Below are positions 56,108-64,000 of a DNA stretch of 64,000 nucleotides, piece by piece. This DNA is from Bdellovibrionales bacterium (lineage in GTDB: Bacteria; Bdellovibrionota; Bdellovibrionia; Bdellovibrionales; JAUICD01), in the NCBI GenBank assembly GCA_965262715.1, contig OZ253553.1, positions 672,001 to 736,000 on the forward strand, written 5' to 3'. The position numbers and the translations under genes are program-made. The notes below the pieces were generated by a model, which was not told the origin of the DNA, did no database searches, and saw only the letters and a list, made by a program, of their open reading frames with translations. How positions within the stretch are numbered: position 1 is the stretch's first letter; each line of letters begins with the position of its first letter.

Positions 56108-56785
56108 GCCATAATTTCCAAGCCATTTATATAGTCTAAAACATATCTTAAAATATCAACAACAAAGCCTTGTACAAAATCTACCTATTTTTTTCAAAAA
56201 AAGCATACTGCTAAATAGGAAGTTACACTAATTATAGAGCCGACTGCTAAAAGTCAAGAAAAAATGAAGAACTTAACGCTTATACTCAACTTTTCAGTAA
56301 CAACTTATTATGAGTTAGCATGAACAGCACTTATTTTTAATGGAATTCACACGGATTAAATGTTTCTTGTTTAACTAGTAAAAAACTAACATGATCTTAA
56401 TTGGTTTCTTTCATTATAATAGCATCTTATTTAGAGATTAAAGCATCAATTCTTATTAAGATAATTAGAAGCCATCTCAAAAGTAAAATTTCATAACACT
56501 TGAGAGTTCGAATTGCAAAATGCAAAACATTATTACTTTAAAGAATTCTTCAATAAGCTTGCAATAAATTGTACTGAAGAAGGTTTTTATTCTAAAGTAT
56601 GCTTTGAAAAAACAGAATTAAATACTTCTCATATCAAATAACTTATAACAATCTTTCATAACAACTCATGTTTCTATTGAAATGATGAATCTCATATTAT
56701 ATAACTTTTAAAAATATCTATAATCATAGAAAAGTTGCACTTGCAATTTATATTAAAATAATTGAAGCTATGCTACAGATAAAAG

Positions 56786-56818
56786 GCTCTTTGCAGGTGT
56801 AGTGTCCCTGCAAAGAGC
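56786..56818 (-). terminator. Rho-independent terminator of pilin cassette 1
   Basis: GCTCTTTGCAGG-N9-CCTGCAAAGAGC 12-bp stem followed by a T-run on the minus strand; same hairpin at 61353-61385. Confidence 0.8.
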
Positions 56819-56856
56819 TGGAGATAAAAAATAAAAATTATCAAGTTATGTGATCA

Positions 56857-57468
56857 TTAAAGGCCGCTTTTTATATTCATCATGTATTTTCCAGTAGGTT
56901 TAGGTGCAACTTGCCCTACACCCATCTCCCAATGGTCTTCTTGAGCTCCTCCTAAATTACCTACAGCGATGACGATAAATTTAGGAGAAAACTTCTCAGT
57001 GTTATCTATTATTGCATCAGTAGGGATTGTTAATGTTCCAGTAGGTAAATAAGCGCACTCACCTGAATTATTACAAAAATCTTCTGTGTCAATTCTTGTT
57101 TTGCTAGCATTGTCTGGGACTGGCGGGCCATCATAATCTGATAGGGTTGGTGTAGTACCCGCCACCCAATCACCTGGATCCGTTGAAGCTAAAGCATTAA
57201 ACCCTGTTTTATAATGAATATCACCACTTGGTGAAAAGCCTAATTGTATAAAGTTGGATGTAGAGTATCCCCATTCAGAATTAAAAGCTATATTCGAAGT
57301 GTATATACCACCTAATATTAACTTAGGCTCAAGTTGCCTGGCTTTCCTTTGATACTTTTGATAGTTAGGTATAGCAATCGCGGACAATACACCAATAATA
57401 GCAACTACAACCATCACCTCAACAAGTGAAAATCCCTTTTGATGAAATCTCTTTTTTATCTGTTTCAT
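56857..57468 (-). CDS. Type IV pilin (second pilin of cassette 1)
   Basis: [25 protein letters not shown] class III signal peptide. Confidence 0.93.
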   Translation of the reverse strand: MKQIKKRFHQKGFSLVEVMVVVAIIGVLSAIAIPNYQKYQRKARQLEPKLILGGIYTSNIAFNSEWGYSTSNFIQLGFSPSGDIHYKTGFNALASTDPGDWVAGTTPTLSDYDGPPVPDNASKTRIDTEDFCNNSGECAYLPTGTLTIPTDAIIDNTEKFSPKFIVIAVGNLGGAQEDHWEMGVGQVAPKPTGKYMMNIKSGL

Positions 57469-57481
57469 AAATATCTACCTT

Positions 57482-57946
57482 TTATAAAGAAGCTATCATT
57501 TTGCCACAAAATATATTAAATAGCTGTTTATCTATTGCTTCACATCTTAAGGGTTGATCGTTTTCTAAACTGACTTTTAAAGAGCAGTTATAAACTCTAT
57601 ACTGATTAAATTGATATTCACTGGATAGCTGGCCACACACTTCTAAAATCTCTTTGCCTTTAAATAAGTCACATTGAGTCTGACAAACATTGATAAAGGT
57701 GGCATTGCTACCTGTATTATTAACTCTTTCTATATAATCCGTATTAGGCCTGTATTTAGCATAAAAGACATACTGTGCAGCTTCAGTATCTTGCTTTAAA
57801 TGTGTGGATAAAAACTTTTGATCTGCTATATCCATATCCTTGTACATTTTAAGCCTTGCATTGTTGCAGATTAACCCTAGAAGGCCAATAATTACAATGG
57901 CTAGCAAGTAAAGTAATCTTCTAGAGCTTGTTTTTCTAAGTTTCAT
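57482..57946 (-). CDS. Pilin-cassette accessory protein, N-terminal TM, Cys-rich
   Basis: Conserved in both cassettes; six conserved Cys in the soluble domain. Confidence 0.8.
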   Translation of the reverse strand: MKLRKTSSRRLLYLLAIVIIGLLGLICNNARLKMYKDMDIADQKFLSTHLKQDTEAAQYVFYAKYRPNTDYIERVNNTGSNATFINVCQTQCDLFKGKEILEVCGQLSSEYQFNQYRVYNCSLKVSLENDQPLRCEAIDKQLFNIFCGKMIASL

Positions 57947-58088
57947 TTTTTATTTCCTAATTAATATGTTTTAATCTTTTTTATGTAAGAAACCCACCTT
58001 ACAAGAAAGGGATTGGTTTACCCTGTTTACTTAGTTACTTTATTAAACAAGTAAACCCACATTACCTTTAAATATGGGTTTATTTACT

Positions 58089-58322
58089 TCATAAAGAGAC
58101 TGGTTTTACAGCTTTTTGTTTTGACTGATTGTCTTTCACTCTCTTTTCTAGAAGATCAATTCTTTTGTTTATATGCATGACTGATTTGCTATTGATACCT
58201 GAAAGCATATATAAATGTGAAAAGACTTTCATACCTAAAATACAGCCTATGCTTAAAGAAATAGTGACAGCAATAGCAAGTTCTAATAAATAAAATCTTT
58301 TATTAAGCTTTATATTTTTCAT
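58089..58322 (-). CDS. Small pilin-like membrane protein (degenerate prepilin motif)
   Basis: KR|FYLLELAIAVTI keeps F1/E5 but has Arg at -1; conserved in cassette 2. Confidence 0.7.
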   Translation of the reverse strand: MKNIKLNKRFYLLELAIAVTISLSIGCILGMKVFSHLYMLSGINSKSVMHINKRIDLLEKRVKDNQSKQKAVKPVSL

Positions 58323-58406
58323 AAAACTCTCTTTTGTTTTTGGTAAATGAATAAAACCCACATTATAGCAATGTGGGTTATTCTTTAATTTAAGATTTTA
58401 TGAAAA

Positions 58407-59108
58407 TTAAAGCCCACTTTTTATATTTATAATTTCTTTTCCATAAGTTATAAGCCATTGATCGGCCTCATCTCCTCCTATATCACCACTTGCGCCTATA
58501 ACAAAACGTCGCTGTATTTTGTTCAGCTCACCATTATTCCAAAGGCCACCACAAGTACCACACGCCCCAGTTCCTGTACAAACTAATGCACCAGTGGCAC
58601 ATGAACATGTTCCGCAAGTACCAGGTTGAGGAGATGCAGGAGTATGACTATATGTATTAGCTACATAAACCTGTAATAAAGCAGCATTATCACAAAAAGT
58701 TGCTTCTCTGCAACCGTCAGGGTCATTTGTATTTACTGTACTATTTAAAACTGTTACTATTGGGCCTCTATAGCCTGCATCGGTACGGTTTGGTATGCTA
58801 GGATTAGCTTTGCTGGCATCAGTCCAGCCTACAGCATATTTAGGAACATCTCCAATGCTTTCAAATCCTATTTGTTGAAAAGATGCTGATAAAAAATTCC
58901 ATTCGTTTTGAAAGGTTATTTGGCTTGCATATAAGCCACTTAACATTGTTTTAGATTCTACCTGCTGTGCTTTTCTTTGAAACTTCTGATAATTAGGTAT
59001 AGCGATGGCAGCTAATATACCAATGATCGCGACCACCACCATTAACTCCACTAGTGAAAAACCTTTTTGATTTTTCATTTTATTATATTTTCTTAAGAAC
59101 TTTTTCAT
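58407..59108 (-). CDS. pilA: Type IV major pilin, Cys-rich variable C-terminal domain
   Basis: [25 protein letters not shown]; first gene of the cassette, followed by hairpin AACCCACATT/AATGTGGGTT. Confidence 0.9.
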   Translation of the reverse strand: MKKFLRKYNKMKNQKGFSLVELMVVVAIIGILAAIAIPNYQKFQRKAQQVESKTMLSGLYASQITFQNEWNFLSASFQQIGFESIGDVPKYAVGWTDASKANPSIPNRTDAGYRGPIVTVLNSTVNTNDPDGCREATFCDNAALLQVYVANTYSHTPASPQPGTCGTCSCATGALVCTGTGACGTCGGLWNNGELNKIQRRFVIGASGDIGGDEADQWLITYGKEIINIKSGL

Positions 59109-59294
59109 GATAAAGACCCCCTATTTCATAAAAAATAAATAAATAATGTTTAAAGTAATAAATTTAAATCTCCTCTATCATTTTTCTTTTATGTGTCTTT
59201 TCAAGCTGCTTAATTTGAAAGGAAATATGACCAAGAATATCAAAAATGAAAGCCTTAAAAGCCAAGTCAAAAGGCTAGCTTTTAACGTAACTGG

Positions 59295-59457
59295 ACTGTA
59301 ACTTACGTACAAAAGTTACAGTATCAAGTTATTAAAATAACTGCCGATATAATAAATTGAAAGACTTTAGACAGTGATGGTAATTGGTCTGGAAATGGCC
59401 AAAAACATCAATGATTTTAAGGTTGCAGGACTGTAACTTATGTACGTAAGTTACAGT
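59295..59457. promoter_or_regulatory. Two 28-bp 11-6-11 palindromic sites flanking a 107-bp segment with a sigma28-like promoter
   Basis: ACTGTAACTTA-CGTACA-AAAGTTACAGT (59295-59322), ACTGTAACTTA-TGTACG-TAAGTTACAGT (59430-59457); TCAA-N15-GCCGATAT at 59324-59350 on the + strand. Confidence 0.6.
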
Positions 59458-60049
59458 GCTAAGTAGTTGAAATTATTGGAATCCTAGACTATCTAGTCTA
59501 GCATTGAGACAACATTTAAGTTTAGAAAATTATAAACTTGTTGCATATTGATAAATAGTTTGTATTTGAATAAAACAACTTCTTATATTTTGATTTTAGC
59601 GAGAAAAAAACTCAAGAAAAGATTTCCTTAAAATGACGTAAAAAAATGAAGATATCCTTATTACTAAAAAATAAACATGCTTTTGAGGTAGTCAGCTTTT
59701 TTCTGAAGATGTAAATCTTCAGGCTGACTACCCAAAAGTGGTCAGAGACCAGTTTATTTTTAGTGAGAGCAATGAATAATGATTTAGATGATTTCGGTGT
59801 TGTTGAAAAATTATAGCAGGCTTTACGAAATAGGCGTAAGACAAGTAGCCAACAAGAGATAAAATAAGTATAAGGCACATAGGTTCTATAGAATCTATGG
59901 AAAAAGCCTGCTATACGCTTTTAAATCTGAATATCTATTTTATGTAACACTAAGATAATCCCACAAAAGGTAACCAGCCTCTAAGAAATAATATCTGTCA
60001 GTTACAGGTATTAACTTTAATTTTAAATTTAATGTTATTGTTCTTAGAT

Positions 60050-60988
60050 TTATTTTAGAAAATCTGTTGCTTCATAAGAGTAAAGTATTTGCCAGCATAT
60101 CGTTTCAATAAATTTAAATAGCTGCCCTTTCTTTGAAAAATCTGCTGGGATAATGATGTTAGCTCTACTATCTAAGCTTAGGTTTTCAAGTTTTTTCTGA
60201 ATATATTTTCTATCACTTTTGAAAACATCTTTGTCATAAACAATAACACCATATCCGCCACGGTCTTTGACTACAGATAGAGCAGGGATATCAGTATCTC
60301 CATCACCTATATAGACTATGTCAGAATATTGTGACCAGAGGTCGGTTTTTAATAAACGTTTATTTACTTTTCTACTTGAATCTTGAAATGTTCCCTTTGC
60401 TATTTCAAATACAGATCTAGTTTTCATAGTTTCATCCATGCAAAAAATAGGTACATTTATAAATTCATTATCAACAGATTGTTCAACTATATATTTACAT
60501 CCAAATGTGTAGGTTATTAAATCCTTTGGGAAAATTTCTACAATTAAATCTTTTAGGCCAGCAGATACAATAAAATGATGAATGTTGATTTTACGTTTTT
60601 TAAATCTAGAGTTATTTTCTAGATTTTTTATCTCTTGCAAAAACTTTTGAACTTTATCATATACATTGATTTTAGGAACGATAAATTTTTTAAAAAATTC
60701 TCTATTTAGAGGAGTTTGTCTTTGATTAGCTATTTGACCAAGTGCATGCATCCAAACAGGAGATTCAGAGGCTAATATTTGTTCTGTAGACATTGTCCCG
60801 TCAGAAGACGCACCTTCTTCTTTTGATTCTTTGATTAATAATTTAACTCGATCCCAAAACTTTGCAGGATCATCTTTTAAGATGTCTCCTATAACTATAC
60901 TTGTTGAATCGGTATAGGTTTTTTGAGAACTTCTATTAGGAATAAGTGTTCCATCAAAGTCCCATATAATTGAAATATTACGGTTCAT
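60050..60988 (-). CDS. HAD-like hydrolase
   Basis: WDFDGTL, IVSAG, K, YIGDGDTDIP. Confidence 0.88.
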   Translation of the reverse strand: MNRNISIIWDFDGTLIPNRSSQKTYTDSTSIVIGDILKDDPAKFWDRVKLLIKESKEEGASSDGTMSTEQILASESPVWMHALGQIANQRQTPLNREFFKKFIVPKINVYDKVQKFLQEIKNLENNSRFKKRKINIHHFIVSAGLKDLIVEIFPKDLITYTFGCKYIVEQSVDNEFINVPIFCMDETMKTRSVFEIAKGTFQDSSRKVNKRLLKTDLWSQYSDIVYIGDGDTDIPALSVVKDRGGYGVIVYDKDVFKSDRKYIQKKLENLSLDSRANIIIPADFSKKGQLFKFIETICWQILYSYEATDFLK

Positions 60989-61018
60989 AAAATATTTTTC
61001 TTTTAATGAAATCTTATA

Positions 61019-61171
61019 TTATTTTAAGAGAGATTTGTAATCAAATGGTTCTAAAAACTGAGAAGTATCCCATTTATAATTGTCTAATGATTTTTCCTTT
61101 TTTACTTGCTTTTTTTTAGGGGATTCTTTTTTTCTTATAGTCTTATTATATGATTTTTTAGAATTTGTCAT
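61019..61171 (-). CDS. Small basic hypothetical protein (50 aa)
   Basis: ATG preceded by AGGAGA; MTNSKKSYNKTIRKKE...KSLLK*; lies just upstream of the HAD gene. Confidence 0.35.
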   Translation of the reverse strand: MTNSKKSYNKTIRKKESPKKKQVKKEKSLDNYKWDTSQFLEPFDYKSLLK

Positions 61172-61423
61172 AAAAGTATCTCCTTTTTAAAATGACTTTT
61201 ATAATCAGTGAATTCGGAAGAAAAAGCAAGAACTTTAACTCACACTGTTAATTATTAATAGCTTTGTAAGAAATGTTCTATTCTTTATCAGTATAACACA
61301 TTATTTAGAAATTAAAACACTTTACAATAACTTCCTTTATGTTTAATAAAAAGCTCTTTGCAGGTGTAGTGTCCCTGCAAAGAGCTGGAGATAAAAAATA
61401 AAAATTATCAAATCATGTGATCA

Positions 61424-62041
61424 TTAAAGACCGTTTTTTATATTCATCATGTATTTTCCAGTAGGTTTAGGCGCAGCTTGACCTATACCCATCTCCCAAT
61501 GATCTTCTTGAGTTCCTCCTAAATCACCTACAGCGATGACGATAAAGTTAGGAGAAAACTTCTCAGTGTTATCTATCTTTGCATCAGTAGGAATTGTGAG
61601 AGTTGTTTGAGGCAGATAAGTGCAGTCTCCTGAATTATTACAAAAATCTTCTGTGTCAATTCTTGTTTTGCTAGCATTGTCCGGAACTGGTGGGCCATCA
61701 TAATCTAATAGGGTTGATGTAGTACCCGCCACCCAATCACCCGGATCCACTGTACCTAACACATTAAAACCTGTTTTATAATGAATATCACCGCTTGGTG
61801 AAAAGCCTAATTGTATAAAGTTGGATGTAGAGTATCCCCATTCAGAATTAAAAGCTATATTCGAAGTGTATATACCACCTAATATTAACTTAGGTTCAAG
61901 TTGCCTGGCTTTCCTTTGATACTTTTGATAGTTAGGTATCGCAATCGCGGACAATACACCAATAATAGCAACTACAACCATCAACTCAACAAGTGAAAAT
62001 CCCTTTTGATTTAATATTAATATCTCTTTTATCTGTTTCAT
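61424..62041 (-). CDS. Type IV pilin (second pilin of cassette 2)
   Basis: Class III signal peptide; about 18 substitutions versus the mature 56857-57468 protein by manual comparison. Confidence 0.93.
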   Translation of the reverse strand: MKQIKEILILNQKGFSLVELMVVVAIIGVLSAIAIPNYQKYQRKARQLEPKLILGGIYTSNIAFNSEWGYSTSNFIQLGFSPSGDIHYKTGFNVLGTVDPGDWVAGTTSTLLDYDGPPVPDNASKTRIDTEDFCNNSGDCTYLPQTTLTIPTDAKIDNTEKFSPNFIVIAVGDLGGTQEDHWEMGIGQAAPKPTGKYMMNIKNGL

Positions 62042-62054
62042 AAATATCTACCTT

Positions 62055-62519
62055 TTATAAAGAAGCTATCACTTTGCCACAAAATATATTAAACAGCTCT
62101 TTATCTATTGCTTCACATCTTAAGGGTTGGTCGTTTTCTAAAGTGACTTTTAAAGAGCAGTTGTAAACTCTATACTGATTAAATTGATATTCACTGGATA
62201 ACTGATTACAAACTTCTAATATCTCTTTACCTTTAAATAAGTCACATTGAGTCTGACAAACATTGATAAAGGTGGCATTGCTACCTGTATTATTAACTCT
62301 TTCTATATAATCCGTATTAGGCCTATATTTAGCGTAAAAGGCATATTGTGCAGCTTCAGTATCTTGCTTTAAATGTGTGGATAAAAACTTTTGATCTGCT
62401 ATATCCATATCGCTATACATTTTAAGCCTTGCATTGTTTACAAATAGACCTAGTAGGCCAATAATTACAATGGCTAGCAAGTAAAGTAATCTTCTAGAGC
62501 TTATTTTTCTAAGTTTCAT
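62055..62519 (-). CDS. Pilin-cassette accessory protein, copy 2
   Basis: Near-identical to 57482-57946. Confidence 0.8.
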   Translation of the reverse strand: MKLRKISSRRLLYLLAIVIIGLLGLFVNNARLKMYSDMDIADQKFLSTHLKQDTEAAQYAFYAKYRPNTDYIERVNNTGSNATFINVCQTQCDLFKGKEILEVCNQLSSEYQFNQYRVYNCSLKVTLENDQPLRCEAIDKELFNIFCGKVIASL

Positions 62520-62661
62520 TTTTTATTTCCTAATTAATATGTTTTAATCTTTTTTATGTAAGAAACCCACGTTACAAGGAAGGGATTGGTTTACCCTGTT
62601 TACTTAGTTACTTTATTAAACAAGTAAACCCACATTACCTTTAAATATGGGTTTATTTACT

Positions 62662-62892
62662 TCATAAAGAGACTGGTTTTACAGCTTTTTGGTTTGACTG
62701 ATTGTCTTTCACTCTCTTTTCTAGAAGATCAATTCTTTTGTTTATATGCATTACTGATTTGCTATTGATGCCTGATAAGAGATATAAATGTGAAAAGACT
62801 TTCATACCTGCAATACAACCTATGCCTAAAGAGATTGTGACAGCGATAGCTAGCTCTAATAAATAAAATCTTTTAAGCTTTATATTATTCAT
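62662..62892 (-). CDS. Small pilin-like membrane protein, copy 2
   Basis: Near-identical to 58089-58322. Confidence 0.7.
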   Translation of the reverse strand: MNNIKLKRFYLLELAIAVTISLGIGCIAGMKVFSHLYLLSGINSKSVMHINKRIDLLEKRVKDNQSNQKAVKPVSL

Positions 62893-63014
62893 AAAATCCT
62901 CTTTTGTCTTTGGTAAATGAATAAAACCCACATTATAGAATAGAAATGTGGGTTATTCTTAATTTAAGATTTTATGAAACCTAAAGACCACTTTTAAATT
63001 TATAGTTTTTCATA

Positions 63015-63743
63015 TCAATCAACTCCATTTTTTACATTTTGAATTATTTTATCATAATCCATATACCACTGATCAGAGTTCTTTCCTCCTATATCTCCGG
63101 CTGCGCCGATCACAAACCTTCTTTCTAATCTATTTAAAACGCCAGTATTCCACATTCCACAAGATCCTAAACAAGTACCAGTAGTACTACAAGATTTAAC
63201 ACCAGCAGAAGAACATAAACACGTTCCTGTACAAGTACCTGCAGCAGCATTAACTGCAAGAAAATAAGATTTATTACTTGCAAAAGCTTGAATTAAAGCA
63301 GCGTTATTACAGTGAATGTTCTTTCTGCAACCGGCTGGAGTACTTCCTTCACCTGTATTTACTATCTGAGCAGCAATAGCAGCACCGGTAATTTTTGGCC
63401 CTCTATAAGTTGCATCAGCAGCTGTAGGAATACTAGTGGCAGTTCTACTGGCGTTGGCCCATCCTACATTATATTTAGGAGCATCTCCAATAGCCTCAAA
63501 ACCAATTTGTTGAAAAGATGCTGACATAAAGTTCCATTCATTCATAAAAGTGATTTGATTGGCATATAACCCACTCATCATTGTCTTTGCTTCTACTTGT
63601 TGTGATTTTCTTTGAAACTTCTGATAGTTAGGTATAGCGATCGCCGCTAAAATACCAATAATGGCAACTACCACCATTAACTCCACTAGTGAAAAACCTT
63701 TTTGATTTTTCACTTTATTATATTTTCTTAAGAACTTTTTCAT
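63015..63743 (-). CDS. pilA: Type IV major pilin variant 2
   Basis: N-terminal ~90 aa close to copy 1, strongly divergent C-terminal half, eight Cys retained. Confidence 0.9.
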   Translation of the reverse strand: MKKFLRKYNKVKNQKGFSLVELMVVVAIIGILAAIAIPNYQKFQRKSQQVEAKTMMSGLYANQITFMNEWNFMSASFQQIGFEAIGDAPKYNVGWANASRTATSIPTAADATYRGPKITGAAIAAQIVNTGEGSTPAGCRKNIHCNNAALIQAFASNKSYFLAVNAAAGTCTGTCLCSSAGVKSCSTTGTCLGSCGMWNTGVLNRLERRFVIGAAGDIGGKNSDQWYMDYDKIIQNVKNGVD

Positions 63744-63929
63744 GATAAAGACCCCCTATTTCATAAAAAATAAATAAATATTGTTTAAAGTAATAAATTT
63801 AAATTTTCTATATCCTTTTTCTTTTATGTGTCTTCTTAAGCTGCTTAATTTGAAAGAAAAGATGACCAAAAATATCAAAAATGAGAGCCTTAAAAGCCAA
63901 GTCAAAAGACTAGATTTTAACGTAACTGG

Positions 63930-63985
63930 ACTGTAACTTACGTACATAAGTTACAGTATCAAGTTCCTAAGATTATTACCGATAT
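63930..63985. promoter_or_regulatory. Third 11-6-11 palindromic site plus sigma28-like boxes upstream of pilA copy 2
   Basis: ACTGTAACTTA-CGTACA-TAAGTTACAGT (63930-63957), the exact reverse complement of the 59430 site; TCAA-N15-ACCGATAT at 63959-63985. Confidence 0.6.
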
Positions 63986-64000
63986 AGTTAATTGAAAGGA

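Larger units (their letters stand above)
56779..59365. repeat. Pilin cassette copy 1 of a tandem duplication (copy 2 = 61346 to beyond 64000)
   Basis: Terminator, four genes and upstream region are colinear and highly similar between copies. Confidence 0.92.

Noticed and set aside
59295..59457. Chromosomal dif site
   Set aside because: The arms are symmetric and lack the XerD-type TTATGTTAAAT arm, and there are three copies tied to pilin cassettes; kept only as a generic 11-6-11 site
785..63524. Numerous short antisense or overlapping ORFs in the six-frame track
   Set aside because: They lie opposite or inside well-supported genes and show no protein-like motifs
56857..63743. Diversity-generating retroelement acting on the pilins
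   Set aside because: No reverse transcriptase in the window; differences include indels and are not adenine-restricted
63756..63947. 63-aa ORF upstream of pilA copy 2
   Set aside because: No SD or recognisable motif, starts inside the palindromic site, and the equivalent region of copy 1 has a stop codon

Overview
AT-rich bacterial chromosome segment, most likely Bdellovibrionota (Bdellovibrio-like gliding-type OM beta-barrel/TPR/vWA cluster, PilZ protein, Bdellovibrio-style type IV pilins). Housekeeping genes (purE, purK, nth, ferredoxin, hppA, rlmL-like, dapD, rsmI, glnS, four tRNAs) are interleaved with accessory DNA: toxin-antitoxin loci (AbiE, HigBA-like, MazEF), four intact-looking IS elements (two IS1634, one IS5/IS903-group, one IS30), many IS-end relics, ankyrin proteins and several disrupted secreted-protein genes. 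Main points: (1) A tandemly duplicated four-gene pilin cassette has a hypervariable, Cys-rich major pilin. Upstream of it lie 28-bp 11-6-11 palindromic sites; two of them have reverse-complement spacers and bracket a 107-bp segment carrying a sigma28-like promoter that points away from the pilin, a candidate invertible pilin switch. (2) A 3.8-kb integrase-less islet at tRNA-Leu(GAG), bounded by 23-bp direct repeats, carries HigB + HigA/ImmA peptidase + P4-beta-like genes (PD-lambda-2-like) plus a convergent sce7726-family nuclease; the beta gene has a late frameshift. (3) Two tandem ~100-nt three-way-junction elements show compensatory base changes. (4) GlnRS has an unexplained ~260-aa C-terminal extension. 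All calls come from reading the sequence; no searches were run.
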